A stretch of 64,000 nucleotides of DNA from Candidatus Sumerlaeota bacterium (GTDB lineage Bacteria > Sumerlaeota > Sumerlaeia > SLMS01), in the NCBI GenBank assembly GCA_020848155.1, contig JADLAR010000047.1:140419-204418 (forward strand), given 5' to 3'. The translations under genes were made by a program, and so were the position numbers. Position 1 is the first letter of the stretch; each line of letters opens with the position of its first letter. Under the pieces are notes generated by a model that ran no database searches, was not told the origin of the DNA, and saw nothing but the letters and a program-made list of their open reading frames with translations. Positions 27,167 through 36,090 of this stretch are shown piece after piece.

Positions 27167-28738
27167 ATGAACGGCATATACCTTCTTTCATCTGCGGTTG
27201 ATTTCATCGGCTTGGGTTCTGTGGGGAACAGTCTCGTCGGCGCACTTGGCTTCATCGTGGCGTTCGGCTTGGCGGTGTTCGTGCATGAACTGGGGCATTT
27301 TCTGGCGGCAAAGGCGTTTCATGTACCTGTGGAGCGCTTTGTGATTGGCATGGACAAGGAGGCGATGGGCTTCCTGCCACGTTGCATTTGGGAGAGGAAG
27401 TTGGGCGAGACGACCTATGGCATCTCCTTGGTGCCGTTGGGCGGATACGTCAAAATGTCAGGAACGATTCATCCGGACATCGAGAGGTACCTGGATGGAG
27501 GGGAAGCACCGAAGGAGGGAGCGTCGCCATCGTTGCAGGAACAAGCATTGGGGGACATGGCGGCCCTGTACAAGAAGCCGTTCTGGCAGAAATTCATCAT
27601 CTATGCTGCCGGCGTGTTCATGAACATGGTGCTCGCAATCCTCGTGATGACGTTCATCTTTACAAAGGGTTTCGAGGAAAGCGCACCGTTTCCTGCAAGG
27701 GTGGGCTGGATCGCGCCCGATTCCTCGCTTGCGGGCACGGATGTCAAGACGGGCGATGTCGTGCACTCCATGAATGGATTCACGATCAAGGACTCACTGG
27801 ATTTCATGATCGCGACGTCCATCCTTTCCGAGCCTCAATTGATCGCGCTGCAGCAACTGGGGCGGCTGAACGACCTTGGAATTGACCTGATGCCAGTCGG
27901 GACCAACGCCCCGTACACGGGGACACTGGCCATCACACTGAGGCGCCCCAATGGCGAACAGTATGTCCATGACATCATTGTGAGCGATGAGTTGGACGAG
28001 GGGCGACTGAAGTGGGCGAAGGACCTGTATGTGTTCGGCAGCCCACCCGCCTACATTGAATTTGTGAACTTCAACACCCCCGCGTCCAAGGCGGGGATCG
28101 AACATGGCGACACCATCCTTTCAATCAATGGCGAGAAGATCATTGATTGGTTTCACATGCGCTCGATCATTCGGAAGTCGCCCAGGAAGGAACTGTCCGT
28201 CGTGGTGCTGCGGAAAGGGCGGGAAGTGGCACTGACGATGACACCGTGGGAGGATGCCGAAGACAAGAACATCGGGCAGATCGGCGTGGTGCCAGGCAAC
28301 CCACTGAAGATCGTGGAGAAGGAAAGCTTCCTCAAAGCCGTGAGCAAGGCACCGGGACGGGTGTTCGATCATACGGTGAGATATGTTTCGAACCTCAAGC
28401 GGCTGGGCAAGCGGGTGACGGAGGGCAATGTCACCGCAGTGAGGCGAGATCTGGGAGGCCCTGTCGGCATTGCACAGATCGCCTACAAGATGGCGCAGAA
28501 AAGCTTCGATGACTGGCTGCGGTTCGTGATTGGATTCAACGTGGCGCTTGCCGTGATGAATTTGATTCCCTTTCCCGTGCTGGACGGCGGCCACATTTTT
28601 TTCGCGGCCTACGAGGGAATTTTCCGGCGTCCCGTTCCCCCGCGGGTGCTGGTTCCAGTGATGAACGGTGCGGTCCTTTTTATCATCGTGTTCTTTGTGC
28701 TCGTGACGTTCAATGATGTGCTGAAGCTGTTTAGCTAA
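27167..28738 (+). CDS. rseP: RIP site-2 metalloprotease RseP (M50 family) with PDZ domains
   Basis: HExxH motif VHELGHFLAAK. PDZ-like segments (GDVVHSMNG, GDTILSINGEKI). C-terminal NLIPFPVLDGGH motif. Trimmed to the ATG at 27167. Confidence 0.9.
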   Translation: MNGIYLLSSAVDFIGLGSVGNSLVGALGFIVAFGLAVFVHELGHFLAAKAFHVPVERFVIGMDKEAMGFLPRCIWERKLGETTYGISLVPLGGYVKMSGTIHPDIERYLDGGEAPKEGASPSLQEQALGDMAALYKKPFWQKFIIYAAGVFMNMVLAILVMTFIFTKGFEESAPFPARVGWIAPDSSLAGTDVKTGDVVHSMNGFTIKDSLDFMIATSILSEPQLIALQQLGRLNDLGIDLMPVGTNAPYTGTLAITLRRPNGEQYVHDIIVSDELDEGRLKWAKDLYVFGSPPAYIEFVNFNTPASKAGIEHGDTILSINGEKIIDWFHMRSIIRKSPRKELSVVVLRKGREVALTMTPWEDAEDKNIGQIGVVPGNPLKIVEKESFLKAVSKAPGRVFDHTVRYVSNLKRLGKRVTEGNVTAVRRDLGGPVGIAQIAYKMAQKSFDDWLRFVIGFNVALAVMNLIPFPVLDGGHIFFAAYEGIFRRPVPPRVLVPVMNGAVLFIIVFFVLVTFNDVLKLFS

Positions 28739-28749
28739 GGCTCGCGCGC

Positions 28750-29856
28750 ATGTTCGGAATCATCCTTGTGGCACTGGTTTCATCGGGAATCAGCTTCCTT
28801 TCCAGCTTGATGGAAGCGGCACTGTACGCCGTGCCCACGTCGCGTGTTCAATCCATGGTGCAGCAGGGCGTTGCGGGCGCGGGACAGTTGCTGCGCCTGA
28901 AGAACCGCATCGACGAGGCAATTTCCGCCATCCTCACCTTCAATACGATCGCCAACACGGTCGGTGGCGCCGTATTCGGCGCACTGGCCGGGAAAACCTA
29001 TGGCCCGGAATCCTGGATTACCTACGCGTTGGTGGCCGGATTCACCCTCTGGATCCTCGTCTTCTCGGAAATCATCCCGAAAACGCTCGGCGTGACGTTT
29101 GCCGACCTCATTGCGACGAAGACCGCCTTCCTCATGAATCTGCTCATCTTCTCGCTGTATCCTTTCGTCAAGGCGAGCCAGTACCTGACGGGGCGGATAC
29201 GCAACGCCGGAGCAGAGCGCAAGACGGTGACGGAGGAGGACCTTATTTCGCAGGCAAAGCTGGCGGCGGAAGAGGGAACGATCAGGCCGGAGGAGGCTGT
29301 GTGGCTGACAAACGCGCTACGGCTTAATGACAAGACAGTGCACGATTTGATGACGCCGCGCACGGTGGTGTACCTGCTGCCCGCGGGCCTTCCCCTGTCA
29401 TCGGTGAGTGCCCATTCGGAGCACTGGAAACACAGTCGCCTTCCGCTGTGTCGCAACCGGCAGCCAGACGAGATCGTCGGCATCGTATACCGACGGGAGG
29501 TGTTTGATGCGCTTGCGAGCAAGGAAGAGGAGGAACTCAAGCACATCACGCTCGAAAGCCTGATGCATCCCGTGGAATTCGTTCCTGAAACGCTGCCGGT
29601 AAACCAGGCGCTGCAACGTCTGGTGCAGGGCCGCGAGCACTTCTTCGTGGTGACAAACGAGCATGGTGGCCTGGAGGGCGTCGTCACGCTTGAGGATGTC
29701 ATCGAGGACCTGCTCGGCGTTGAGATTGTCGATGCTTATGACCAGCACGTGGACATGCAGGAGTACGCGCGGCGACTGGCGGAACGGCGACGAAGCGGGT
29801 CGCATGGCGTGGGGCACCACGCTGCCGCGCCCAAGCAGGATGCGCCAGGTGAATAA
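28750..29856 (+). CDS. CNNM/HlyC-CorC family transporter (DUF21 membrane domain + CBS pair)
   Basis: N-terminal 4-TM DUF21-like region, then CBS-like LNDKTVHDLMTPR ... VVTNEHGGLEGVVTLEDVIEDLLG. Confidence 0.75.
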   Translation: MFGIILVALVSSGISFLSSLMEAALYAVPTSRVQSMVQQGVAGAGQLLRLKNRIDEAISAILTFNTIANTVGGAVFGALAGKTYGPESWITYALVAGFTLWILVFSEIIPKTLGVTFADLIATKTAFLMNLLIFSLYPFVKASQYLTGRIRNAGAERKTVTEEDLISQAKLAAEEGTIRPEEAVWLTNALRLNDKTVHDLMTPRTVVYLLPAGLPLSSVSAHSEHWKHSRLPLCRNRQPDEIVGIVYRREVFDALASKEEEELKHITLESLMHPVEFVPETLPVNQALQRLVQGREHFFVVTNEHGGLEGVVTLEDVIEDLLGVEIVDAYDQHVDMQEYARRLAERRRSGSHGVGHHAAAPKQDAPGE

Positions 29857-31291
29857 GGTGGCTGCATGGCGATTCGCCGCGGCGCTTGTCCTAGCATTTC
29901 CTTTTCTTGTCATGCCTTCTACGGGCGCCGCACAGCAGGCCCCAGGGACGGCTCCGCGCGTTGTGGAGACAACACCGACACTGTGCCAGCTTCAGGTCCC
30001 ACCGAACCTGAAAGAGATCGAGGTGCGCTTTGACCAGCCCATGGCAACGACCTCGTGGTCATGGTGCGGCGGCGGCGATCACTATCCCGAAATCACCGGA
30101 AGGCCCTCTTTCCGCGATGCCTACACGTGCGTGCTTCCAGTGAAGCTGTCGCCGCAACGGACCTATACGCTGAGCATCAATTGCCCACGGGGACAAAACT
30201 TCCGCGGCGCAAACGGGCTTCCCGCCGTTGCGACGCAACTTTCGTTCGTCACTGCATCCGGCGACGCCCCGATCACAGCCCGCATGGACAACAAGGCTTC
30301 GTGGGATGCGCTGACTTCGCTGTTCTCTGAAATCTATTCCTACTACGATCGAACGGGAACCGACTGGAAGGCGGTGTTTGAACAAGCCACCCCGGCGATC
30401 CTGGAATCCCCTTCGATTGAAGAGTTTGTGAGCCGCACTGCCATGGTGTTGGGCGCTGCGGATGATCCACACCTGGCACTGCGAATGCCCGATGGCACCC
30501 GTGTTCGAACGGCGCGACACTTCGGATTCTACAACGCGAACCAGAGCGTGATCGAACGGACATTCGGTCCGCTTACGAAGCACAACAACCTGGTGTGGTC
30601 AGGAAAAAGAGGCCGCATCGGTTACATTGCCGTGCATGGTTGGGACAACGCGGGCAGTGCGATGGAACCGATTCAGGCAATCATGGATACCATGCGCCAG
30701 GAAGCTGACTGCCTCATCGTGGACGTGCGCGGCAATGGTGGCGGAGACGAGGAGGCTGCAAACCACCTGGCGCGATGGTTCATCGACCACAACGCGCCCT
30801 ATGCAAAGCACCGCTTCCGTGACAAGAGTGCCGCGGATGGCTGGGGGCCGATGCGCGAGCGATGGATCGAAGCGAACCCGCCTGAACGTCGTTACGAGGG
30901 CAGGACCTTTCTTCTACAGGGCAGTGTGTGCCTGAGCAGCAATGAGGCGTTCATCGAAATGATGCGTCAATCGCCACGCGTGACGACGGTTGGCGCAACG
31001 TCGGGCGGGAGTTCCGCCAACCCGCGCAGCTTCGACCTGCCAAATGGCACGAAGATTGTCATCCCCCGCTGGCAATCATACTCGCTGGAGGGCGTGCTCC
31101 TGGAGGGACGCGGAATCGCCGCTGATATTCCCGTCGACGGTGATTTCAACAATGCCGATCCGGTGCTGGAGAAGGCGCTGGAACTGGCCTCTGCGGAACT
31201 TGGAAGAACGAACGGCGCCACAATCGACGCGGAAACAAGTGCGACACAGCCCATTGATGGTGCCATTGGCACCGACGCGAGAAACAAGTAA
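29840..31291 (+). CDS. Secreted S41 (tail-specific protease)-like peptidase with an N-terminal Ig-like domain
   Basis: Signal peptide after MRQVNKVAAWRFAAALVLAFPFLVMPSTGAA. LIVDVRGNGGGDE and CLSSNEAF resemble S41 motifs. The ATG at 29840 overlaps the upstream gene by 17 nt. Catalytic Lys not confidently located. Confidence 0.55.
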   Translation: MRQVNKVAAWRFAAALVLAFPFLVMPSTGAAQQAPGTAPRVVETTPTLCQLQVPPNLKEIEVRFDQPMATTSWSWCGGGDHYPEITGRPSFRDAYTCVLPVKLSPQRTYTLSINCPRGQNFRGANGLPAVATQLSFVTASGDAPITARMDNKASWDALTSLFSEIYSYYDRTGTDWKAVFEQATPAILESPSIEEFVSRTAMVLGAADDPHLALRMPDGTRVRTARHFGFYNANQSVIERTFGPLTKHNNLVWSGKRGRIGYIAVHGWDNAGSAMEPIQAIMDTMRQEADCLIVDVRGNGGGDEEAANHLARWFIDHNAPYAKHRFRDKSAADGWGPMRERWIEANPPERRYEGRTFLLQGSVCLSSNEAFIEMMRQSPRVTTVGATSGGSSANPRSFDLPNGTKIVIPRWQSYSLEGVLLEGRGIAADIPVDGDFNNADPVLEKALELASAELGRTNGATIDAETSATQPIDGAIGTDARNK

Positions 31292-31350
31292 CCGCGCTCG
31301 GAAAGATAATGGTTTCTGCGCGCGTCCTCAGGCACCCTGAGGGATGATGG

Positions 31351-32160
31351 TCAGTCGACTTCGGACTCCGGGTCGTCGTCTTCAAGCATTCGGACGAGCA
31401 CGAGCGAAATGTTGTCGTGGCCGCCAGCCTCGTTTGCGGCGCGGATGAGCGACTGCGCGGCCTCCTCAAGGTCAGGCATGTTGACGAGGACCTGCTCCAT
31501 GACATCCTTGTCGATCATGCCGGACAAGCCGTCTGAACAAAGGAGGTAAACGTCACCGCTCTTGATGGTGTGGGTTTTGACTTCCACTTCGACATCAAGC
31601 TTGTTGCCAAGCGCGCGGGTGATGACGTTCTTCCAGCGGTGGTTCTTCGCTTCCTCCTCCGTGATGATGCCCCGTTCAAGCTGTTCTTCCACCCAGCTAT
31701 GATCGCGGGTCATCTTTTCCATGTTGCCATCGCGCAGGCGGTAGGCACGGGAGTCGCCGACATGCGCGATGCTGATCTTTTCGTTCGGCGCATCGAGGAG
31801 CATGCTGACGAGCGTGGTCCCCATGCCGTGATATTCGGGGTGCTCCATGGAGAGCTTGCAAACATCGCGGTTGGCGAGTTTCACCGCGGTGACAATGCGG
31901 TTCTCAGAGACGGTCAGTTCGGGGTTGGGAGGGATCGGCCAGGAATCGGTGTCACGCTGCGAATCCCGCAGGAACTGAACGATGGATTCGATGGCCTGGC
32001 GGCTGGCGACCTCACCGGCGTTGTGCCCTCCCATGCCATCGGCCACGATGAACAGGCTCAGGCTGGGAACGACTGACAATGAATCTTCATTGTGGGGGCG
32101 TTTCATGCCGCGGTCGCTGAGACCGGCGGCCTGAATTTTCAACATGCCTTGTTGACTCAT
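31351..32160 (-). CDS. PP2C-family Ser/Thr protein phosphatase
   Basis: RPHNEDS, VADGMGGHNAGEVAS, LLCSDGLS and GGHDNIS motifs. Confidence 0.9.
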   Translation of the reverse strand: MSQQGMLKIQAAGLSDRGMKRPHNEDSLSVVPSLSLFIVADGMGGHNAGEVASRQAIESIVQFLRDSQRDTDSWPIPPNPELTVSENRIVTAVKLANRDVCKLSMEHPEYHGMGTTLVSMLLDAPNEKISIAHVGDSRAYRLRDGNMEKMTRDHSWVEEQLERGIITEEEAKNHRWKNVITRALGNKLDVEVEVKTHTIKSGDVYLLCSDGLSGMIDKDVMEQVLVNMPDLEEAAQSLIRAANEAGGHDNISLVLVRMLEDDDPESEVD

Positions 32161-32457
32161 CGTGTAATGCAGTCCCTACGGTTGGGTCTTCGTGCGCCCG
32201 CGCAATGTCGGAACTTCCATAAACTCAGCAAGCCAGTATAACCCTGTTCACCGCCAATGGGCAGGTTGGCCATCGGCTGTTCACAGGCGATCATGAATGG
32301 GTCCGTCATTCATGACTGAACAAGGTGCCAAAGCGGGCTGCAAGTGAAACAACCAATACGAACCGAAATTGACACCCCTGTTCTCACCAATTTCTTGCTG
32401 CGGGCGTCATATGCGGCAAGCTCAAGATGAATCGCAGGAACAAAAAGGAACCATAGA

Positions 32458-33084
32458 ATGTCGGAATATCCGGGGCAGCTTCCGCCAGATCAGGAAAGAA
32501 CCCTGATTCAGCAGGCCCGTGGCGGCGACGCAGCGGCGATGGATGCCCTGCTTGGCGCCCATCAGGACCGAGTTTTCCGAACCGCACTCGGCCTGCTGGG
32601 GGGAGACCAGGAAGCTGCCTTCGAGGTTGCCCAGGAAGTTCTTGTGAGTGTTTTCCGACATCTTGACCAGTTTCGTGGCGACAGTCGCTTCACGACCTGG
32701 CTCTATCGAATGACTGTGAACTTTGCCAAAAACCGATCCGTGGCGGAAGGCCGACGATCCGCGCGCTTTGTTTCGCTCGACAACTCTGCCCAAGAGGATG
32801 ATGAGGCGCCACGCCGTGAGCACGCAGCAGCCCGCCCATCGCCGCGCGAGGAGGCTGCTGGCGGCGAGATGATGGGAATGATGATGGCCAGGCTTGACGA
32901 ATTGGCGGAGGAGTTCCGTTCCGTCCTGATCCTTCGTTACATGGAGGATCGAAGCTACGAGGAGATTTCAGAAATCCTCGGCGTGCCGCTGGGAACGATC
33001 AAGTCGCGCATCAACCGTGGAAGGTCGGAACTGCGTCGCCTGATGGCGGATGTGCTCCCCACGGGAAAGGGGGATGACCGATGA
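32458..33084 (+). CDS. ECF-type RNA polymerase sigma-70 family factor
   Basis: Region 2 (AQEVLVSVFRHLDQFRGDSRFTTWLYRMTVN) and region 4 HTH (SYEEISEILGVPLGTIKSRINRGRSELR). Confidence 0.9.
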   Translation: MSEYPGQLPPDQERTLIQQARGGDAAAMDALLGAHQDRVFRTALGLLGGDQEAAFEVAQEVLVSVFRHLDQFRGDSRFTTWLYRMTVNFAKNRSVAEGRRSARFVSLDNSAQEDDEAPRREHAAARPSPREEAAGGEMMGMMMARLDELAEEFRSVLILRYMEDRSYEEISEILGVPLGTIKSRINRGRSELRRLMADVLPTGKGDDR

Positions 33085-34607
33085 ACGAACGCGAAAAGTT
33101 TGACGAACTGATTGGCGACTACGCCGAAGGAACCCTGTCATCCACCGATGCGGTGGCGTGGAACGAACTGCTGGCGTCCCATCCCGAACTGCGCGCGGAG
33201 GCGGAACAGGAACGTGCGCTTGTCTTGATCATGCGCAAGGCGGCCCTGTTGAAGGCCCCGAAAAGCTTGAAGGCGGAAGTGCTGGCGGAAGTTTCCGCAA
33301 AGTCCCAGGTGATTGTCGTGCCACGGCGTGGCACGCGCGCGCTTTGGCAACTGGCGGCGCTGGCCGCCATCGTGATCGTGGGAATCTTTGTCTACACAAA
33401 CGACGAACCGCAGGAGGCGAAGAAGTCCGCTTCCGTTCCCGAGCGCCTGGGTGTCACGGAGCCTTACTTTAACAGGACCCCGGTGGGAAGCGCGCAACCG
33501 TCCGCCGCCGCCCCGGCATCACTGCGGTCAGAGGTTGCATCAAAGAAGTCCACCGCGGCTGCCCCGAACGAAGAAGTGTTGCACGACAGTGGGACCCTCG
33601 TACCACAGGCGCGGAGCGGGATACGTGCCAACGAGGTGAACATAAGGCAGTTGTCCATTCACGGAAGTGCAGAAGTGGATGAAAGGAAAGATTCGCCCCA
33701 GGCTGGACTCACCGAATCGCTGGATCAAATTGTCCCCACAGCCCAGGCGGTGCCGGAACGCGCAAGTGCCCCCGAAGAAGCTCCAATGCTTCCAACCCGC
33801 AGGCAGGTTCGCGATGCCGTGATCGCGAAGGCTGGCAGGGTACTGTTGGACACGCCTTGGTATGAAACGGCAGCGTACCATGACGGGGACCGGTCGCTTG
33901 TCTCGGATCGCGCAACAGATCCGCACGCGCGCTACATCGTGGCACAAATTCCCACATCGGAGGATGCGATACAATTGTTTCGCACGATGGGGCGCGGACA
34001 GGACCAACAGGCACCAGATGCTTCGAAGGAAAAAGCGGCCACAAAACCCGATGGAAAGGTGCGTGTCGTCATTCCCTACGCAACCGAACAAACGAACGAA
34101 ACGGAAGGCGATGAAGGCAAGTTGGCCCTCAAGGACAGTGCGGAGGCTCCGGTGGCGTTCACATCCGCGCAGGCCACGAAGGAGGAGGCACGCCAGCGTG
34201 AATTGCGTTCGGCTTCGGCGCCAGTCGCGGACAAGGTGCCCCTTGGGAAGGGCACCGGAAAGCCGGGCGTGATCCTGCAAACCTTTGAGGACTTTGACAA
34301 TTGGGTGCGGGCTGGCGGTGCGCAGTTCCTGTTTTGTACGCCCAGCCGCAATATCGCGTTCAGCGAAGAAGTCAATGCAAGGACTCCGGCGCCGATGACT
34401 CGCAAGGCAGATGCGGTGGAATATAACAGCTATCTGGTTTATCATTTCAAGGTGGCAAAGCAGGCCGATGCGATACTGGGAAAACTTCCTGAGCTTGGCG
34501 GCGTGGGAGTTCGGAATGTGGGAATCGGAGAGGCGGAATTGGTCGCACAGCCCGACGGCGTACGGTTGGTGATTCCCTACCGCATGGAAGGCGTCTCCCA
34601 GAAGTAG
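33081..34607 (+). CDS. Putative anti-sigma factor (single-pass membrane protein, 508 aa)
   Basis: ATGA overlap with the sigma gene. The N-terminal helix pattern FDELIGDYAEGTLSSTDAVAWNELLASHPELRAEAE resembles an anti-sigma domain but lacks the Cys of the HxxxCxxC zinc motif. TM segment ALWQLAALAAIVIVGIFVY. Confidence 0.55.
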   Translation: MNEREKFDELIGDYAEGTLSSTDAVAWNELLASHPELRAEAEQERALVLIMRKAALLKAPKSLKAEVLAEVSAKSQVIVVPRRGTRALWQLAALAAIVIVGIFVYTNDEPQEAKKSASVPERLGVTEPYFNRTPVGSAQPSAAAPASLRSEVASKKSTAAAPNEEVLHDSGTLVPQARSGIRANEVNIRQLSIHGSAEVDERKDSPQAGLTESLDQIVPTAQAVPERASAPEEAPMLPTRRQVRDAVIAKAGRVLLDTPWYETAAYHDGDRSLVSDRATDPHARYIVAQIPTSEDAIQLFRTMGRGQDQQAPDASKEKAATKPDGKVRVVIPYATEQTNETEGDEGKLALKDSAEAPVAFTSAQATKEEARQRELRSASAPVADKVPLGKGTGKPGVILQTFEDFDNWVRAGGAQFLFCTPSRNIAFSEEVNARTPAPMTRKADAVEYNSYLVYHFKVAKQADAILGKLPELGGVGVRNVGIGEAELVAQPDGVRLVIPYRMEGVSQK

Positions 34608-34652
34608 TTCGCCGTTGCCGCTGTCGCACGCGGGCTTTAAAAACGCGGCGTC

Positions 34653-35876
34653 ATGCACGTCCTCGTCATCTCGCGCAGCTTCCCCCCGCACCGCCATGGC
34701 GGAATGGAGCAACATGCACAGGATGTGGTGGCTGGGTTGATCGCGGCCGGCCATCGTGTCAGCGTCATCACAACACCGTTTCCCGCGGAAGGCATCACCT
34801 TGAACGGCGACTTGATCATCTCCGGGAGGAAGCCGGGGAGCTACGACCTTTCATTCGTGAAAGGTTTTGAAAAGCTTGGTGATCAAAAGTCCCTTTCTTT
34901 TCTTGGTCGTTCTGCGGACACCAAGCCAGACATCATCCATGCGCAGGGGTTCGCCGGAATCGCGGCGGAAAGATACTTGAAAAGTGTCGCGCCCATCGTG
35001 ACCACGATTCACGGAACGCTGTGGAGCGAGACGCCCCTGCGAAACCGCGAGAATCGATCGCTTGGGAATTTGTGGAGGTACAAGCACCGTTTCGCGATTT
35101 CGCCATCCTGGCGAAAATTCCTGCGCGGCGGCACGCGCCTGATTGTTGATTCACAGTTCAGCGCGGAGGAACTTGAGCGGGAGCTTGGCCGGAAACTGAC
35201 CCATGCGCCGACTGTTGTGCCGCTTGGATTCGATACGCGACCACTTGAGCACGCGGCGACGGATCGTGCCGCAGCGCGCGCAAGCTGGGGAATCAACGAG
35301 GATCAAATTCTCTTCGCAGCCATTGGCCGCCTCACACCAATCAAGAACTTCCAACTGGTTGCGAAAGGATTCTCAGAGTTCAATGGGAAGCCCGGTGGAA
35401 ACACGCGGCTGATCATCGCCGGAGATGGCACGGAGAAATCGAACATCATTCATCAGGACAAGCTCGTGGAAGCTTTGTGGAATTTCAAGATCATGCAATT
35501 GCCCGGATCGATTTCACAGGAGCGCGCGGCCCAATTGCTCGTCGCGGCGGACGTGTTTGTGAATGCGGATGGTGGAACACCCGCGTTCGGGCTGGCAAAT
35601 GCGGAGGCGCTCGTCGCGGGCACGCCAGTGCTGGCGTTCGACACGGGCGCGCATCGCGAAGTGGTGCGGGACCAGGATGATGGCGGGCTTCTTCCCATGA
35701 AGGACCCCGAAGGCTTCAAGGCGGCAATGGCCAGCTGGGCGAAGGAATTGCCTGAACATCCGGAGAAGCGCGCGACCCGCGCACGGCGCGCGCGGGAACG
35801 ATTCAGCCGCGATCTGATGATCGAACGGCTGCTCGCGGTGTATGAGCGAACACGGAAGGAAGCAGGAAAAACGTAA
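34653..35876 (+). CDS. GT4-family (GT-B fold) glycosyltransferase
   Basis: N-terminal HVLVISRSFPPHRHGGMEQHAQDVVAGLIAAGHRVSVIT. C-terminal FGLANAEALVAGTPVLAFDTGAHREVV (E-x7-E-like region). Confidence 0.85.
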   Translation: MHVLVISRSFPPHRHGGMEQHAQDVVAGLIAAGHRVSVITTPFPAEGITLNGDLIISGRKPGSYDLSFVKGFEKLGDQKSLSFLGRSADTKPDIIHAQGFAGIAAERYLKSVAPIVTTIHGTLWSETPLRNRENRSLGNLWRYKHRFAISPSWRKFLRGGTRLIVDSQFSAEELERELGRKLTHAPTVVPLGFDTRPLEHAATDRAAARASWGINEDQILFAAIGRLTPIKNFQLVAKGFSEFNGKPGGNTRLIIAGDGTEKSNIIHQDKLVEALWNFKIMQLPGSISQERAAQLLVAADVFVNADGGTPAFGLANAEALVAGTPVLAFDTGAHREVVRDQDDGGLLPMKDPEGFKAAMASWAKELPEHPEKRATRARRARERFSRDLMIERLLAVYERTRKEAGKT

Positions 35877-35891
35877 AGAATCGGCTTGCCA

Positions 35892-35918
35892 AGGGAGGAG
35901 CCTTGCCCTTTCCTCCCT
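35892..35918 (+). other. Perfect 8-bp hairpin between the GT4 stop and tRNA-Thr
   Basis: agggagga(35892-35899) / tcctccct(35911-35918) with an 11-nt loop and no T-tract. Possible terminator or processing structure. Confidence 0.3.
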
Positions 35919-35931
35919 GCGCAACACGAGA

Positions 35932-36007
35932 GCTGCCGTAGCTCAGTCGGCAGAGCACGTCCTTGGTAAGGACGAGGTCGGTGGTTCGATTCCACTCGGC
36001 AGCTCCA
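35932..36007 (+). tRNA. tRNA-Thr (anticodon GGT), CCA encoded
   Basis: GCTGCCGTAGCTCAGTCGGCAGAGCACGTCCTTGGTAAGGACGAGGTCGGTGGTTCGATTCCACTCGGCAGCTCCA. The acceptor GCTGCCG/CGGCAGC pairs. Anticodon stem CGTCC/GGACG with loop TTGGTAA. T-loop GGTTCGATTCC. Confidence 0.93.
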
Positions 36008-36090
36008 GTTCGCAAATCCCCCTCCAAACAAATCATCTGCCTGACCTGCGTTCGCTTGCGTCCGGCCGCGGAAGCCATTTCCTTCGGGGC

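Noticed and set aside
32210-32240. GGAACTT as an ECF-type -35 element upstream of the sigma gene
   Set aside because: No matching CGT/TC-rich -10 element lies at the expected 16-17 nt spacing, and the site is about 240 nt from the start codon. Too weak to call.
33540-34754. 404-aa minus-strand ORF antisense to the anti-sigma gene
   Set aside because: Shadow ORF. The plus-strand gene is translationally coupled (ATGA) to the ECF sigma gene.
35842-36090. 5' part of track ORF 35842..37485
   Set aside because: It reads straight through tRNA-Thr (35932-36007). The real CDS most likely starts at the ATG at 36091, with a signal peptide.
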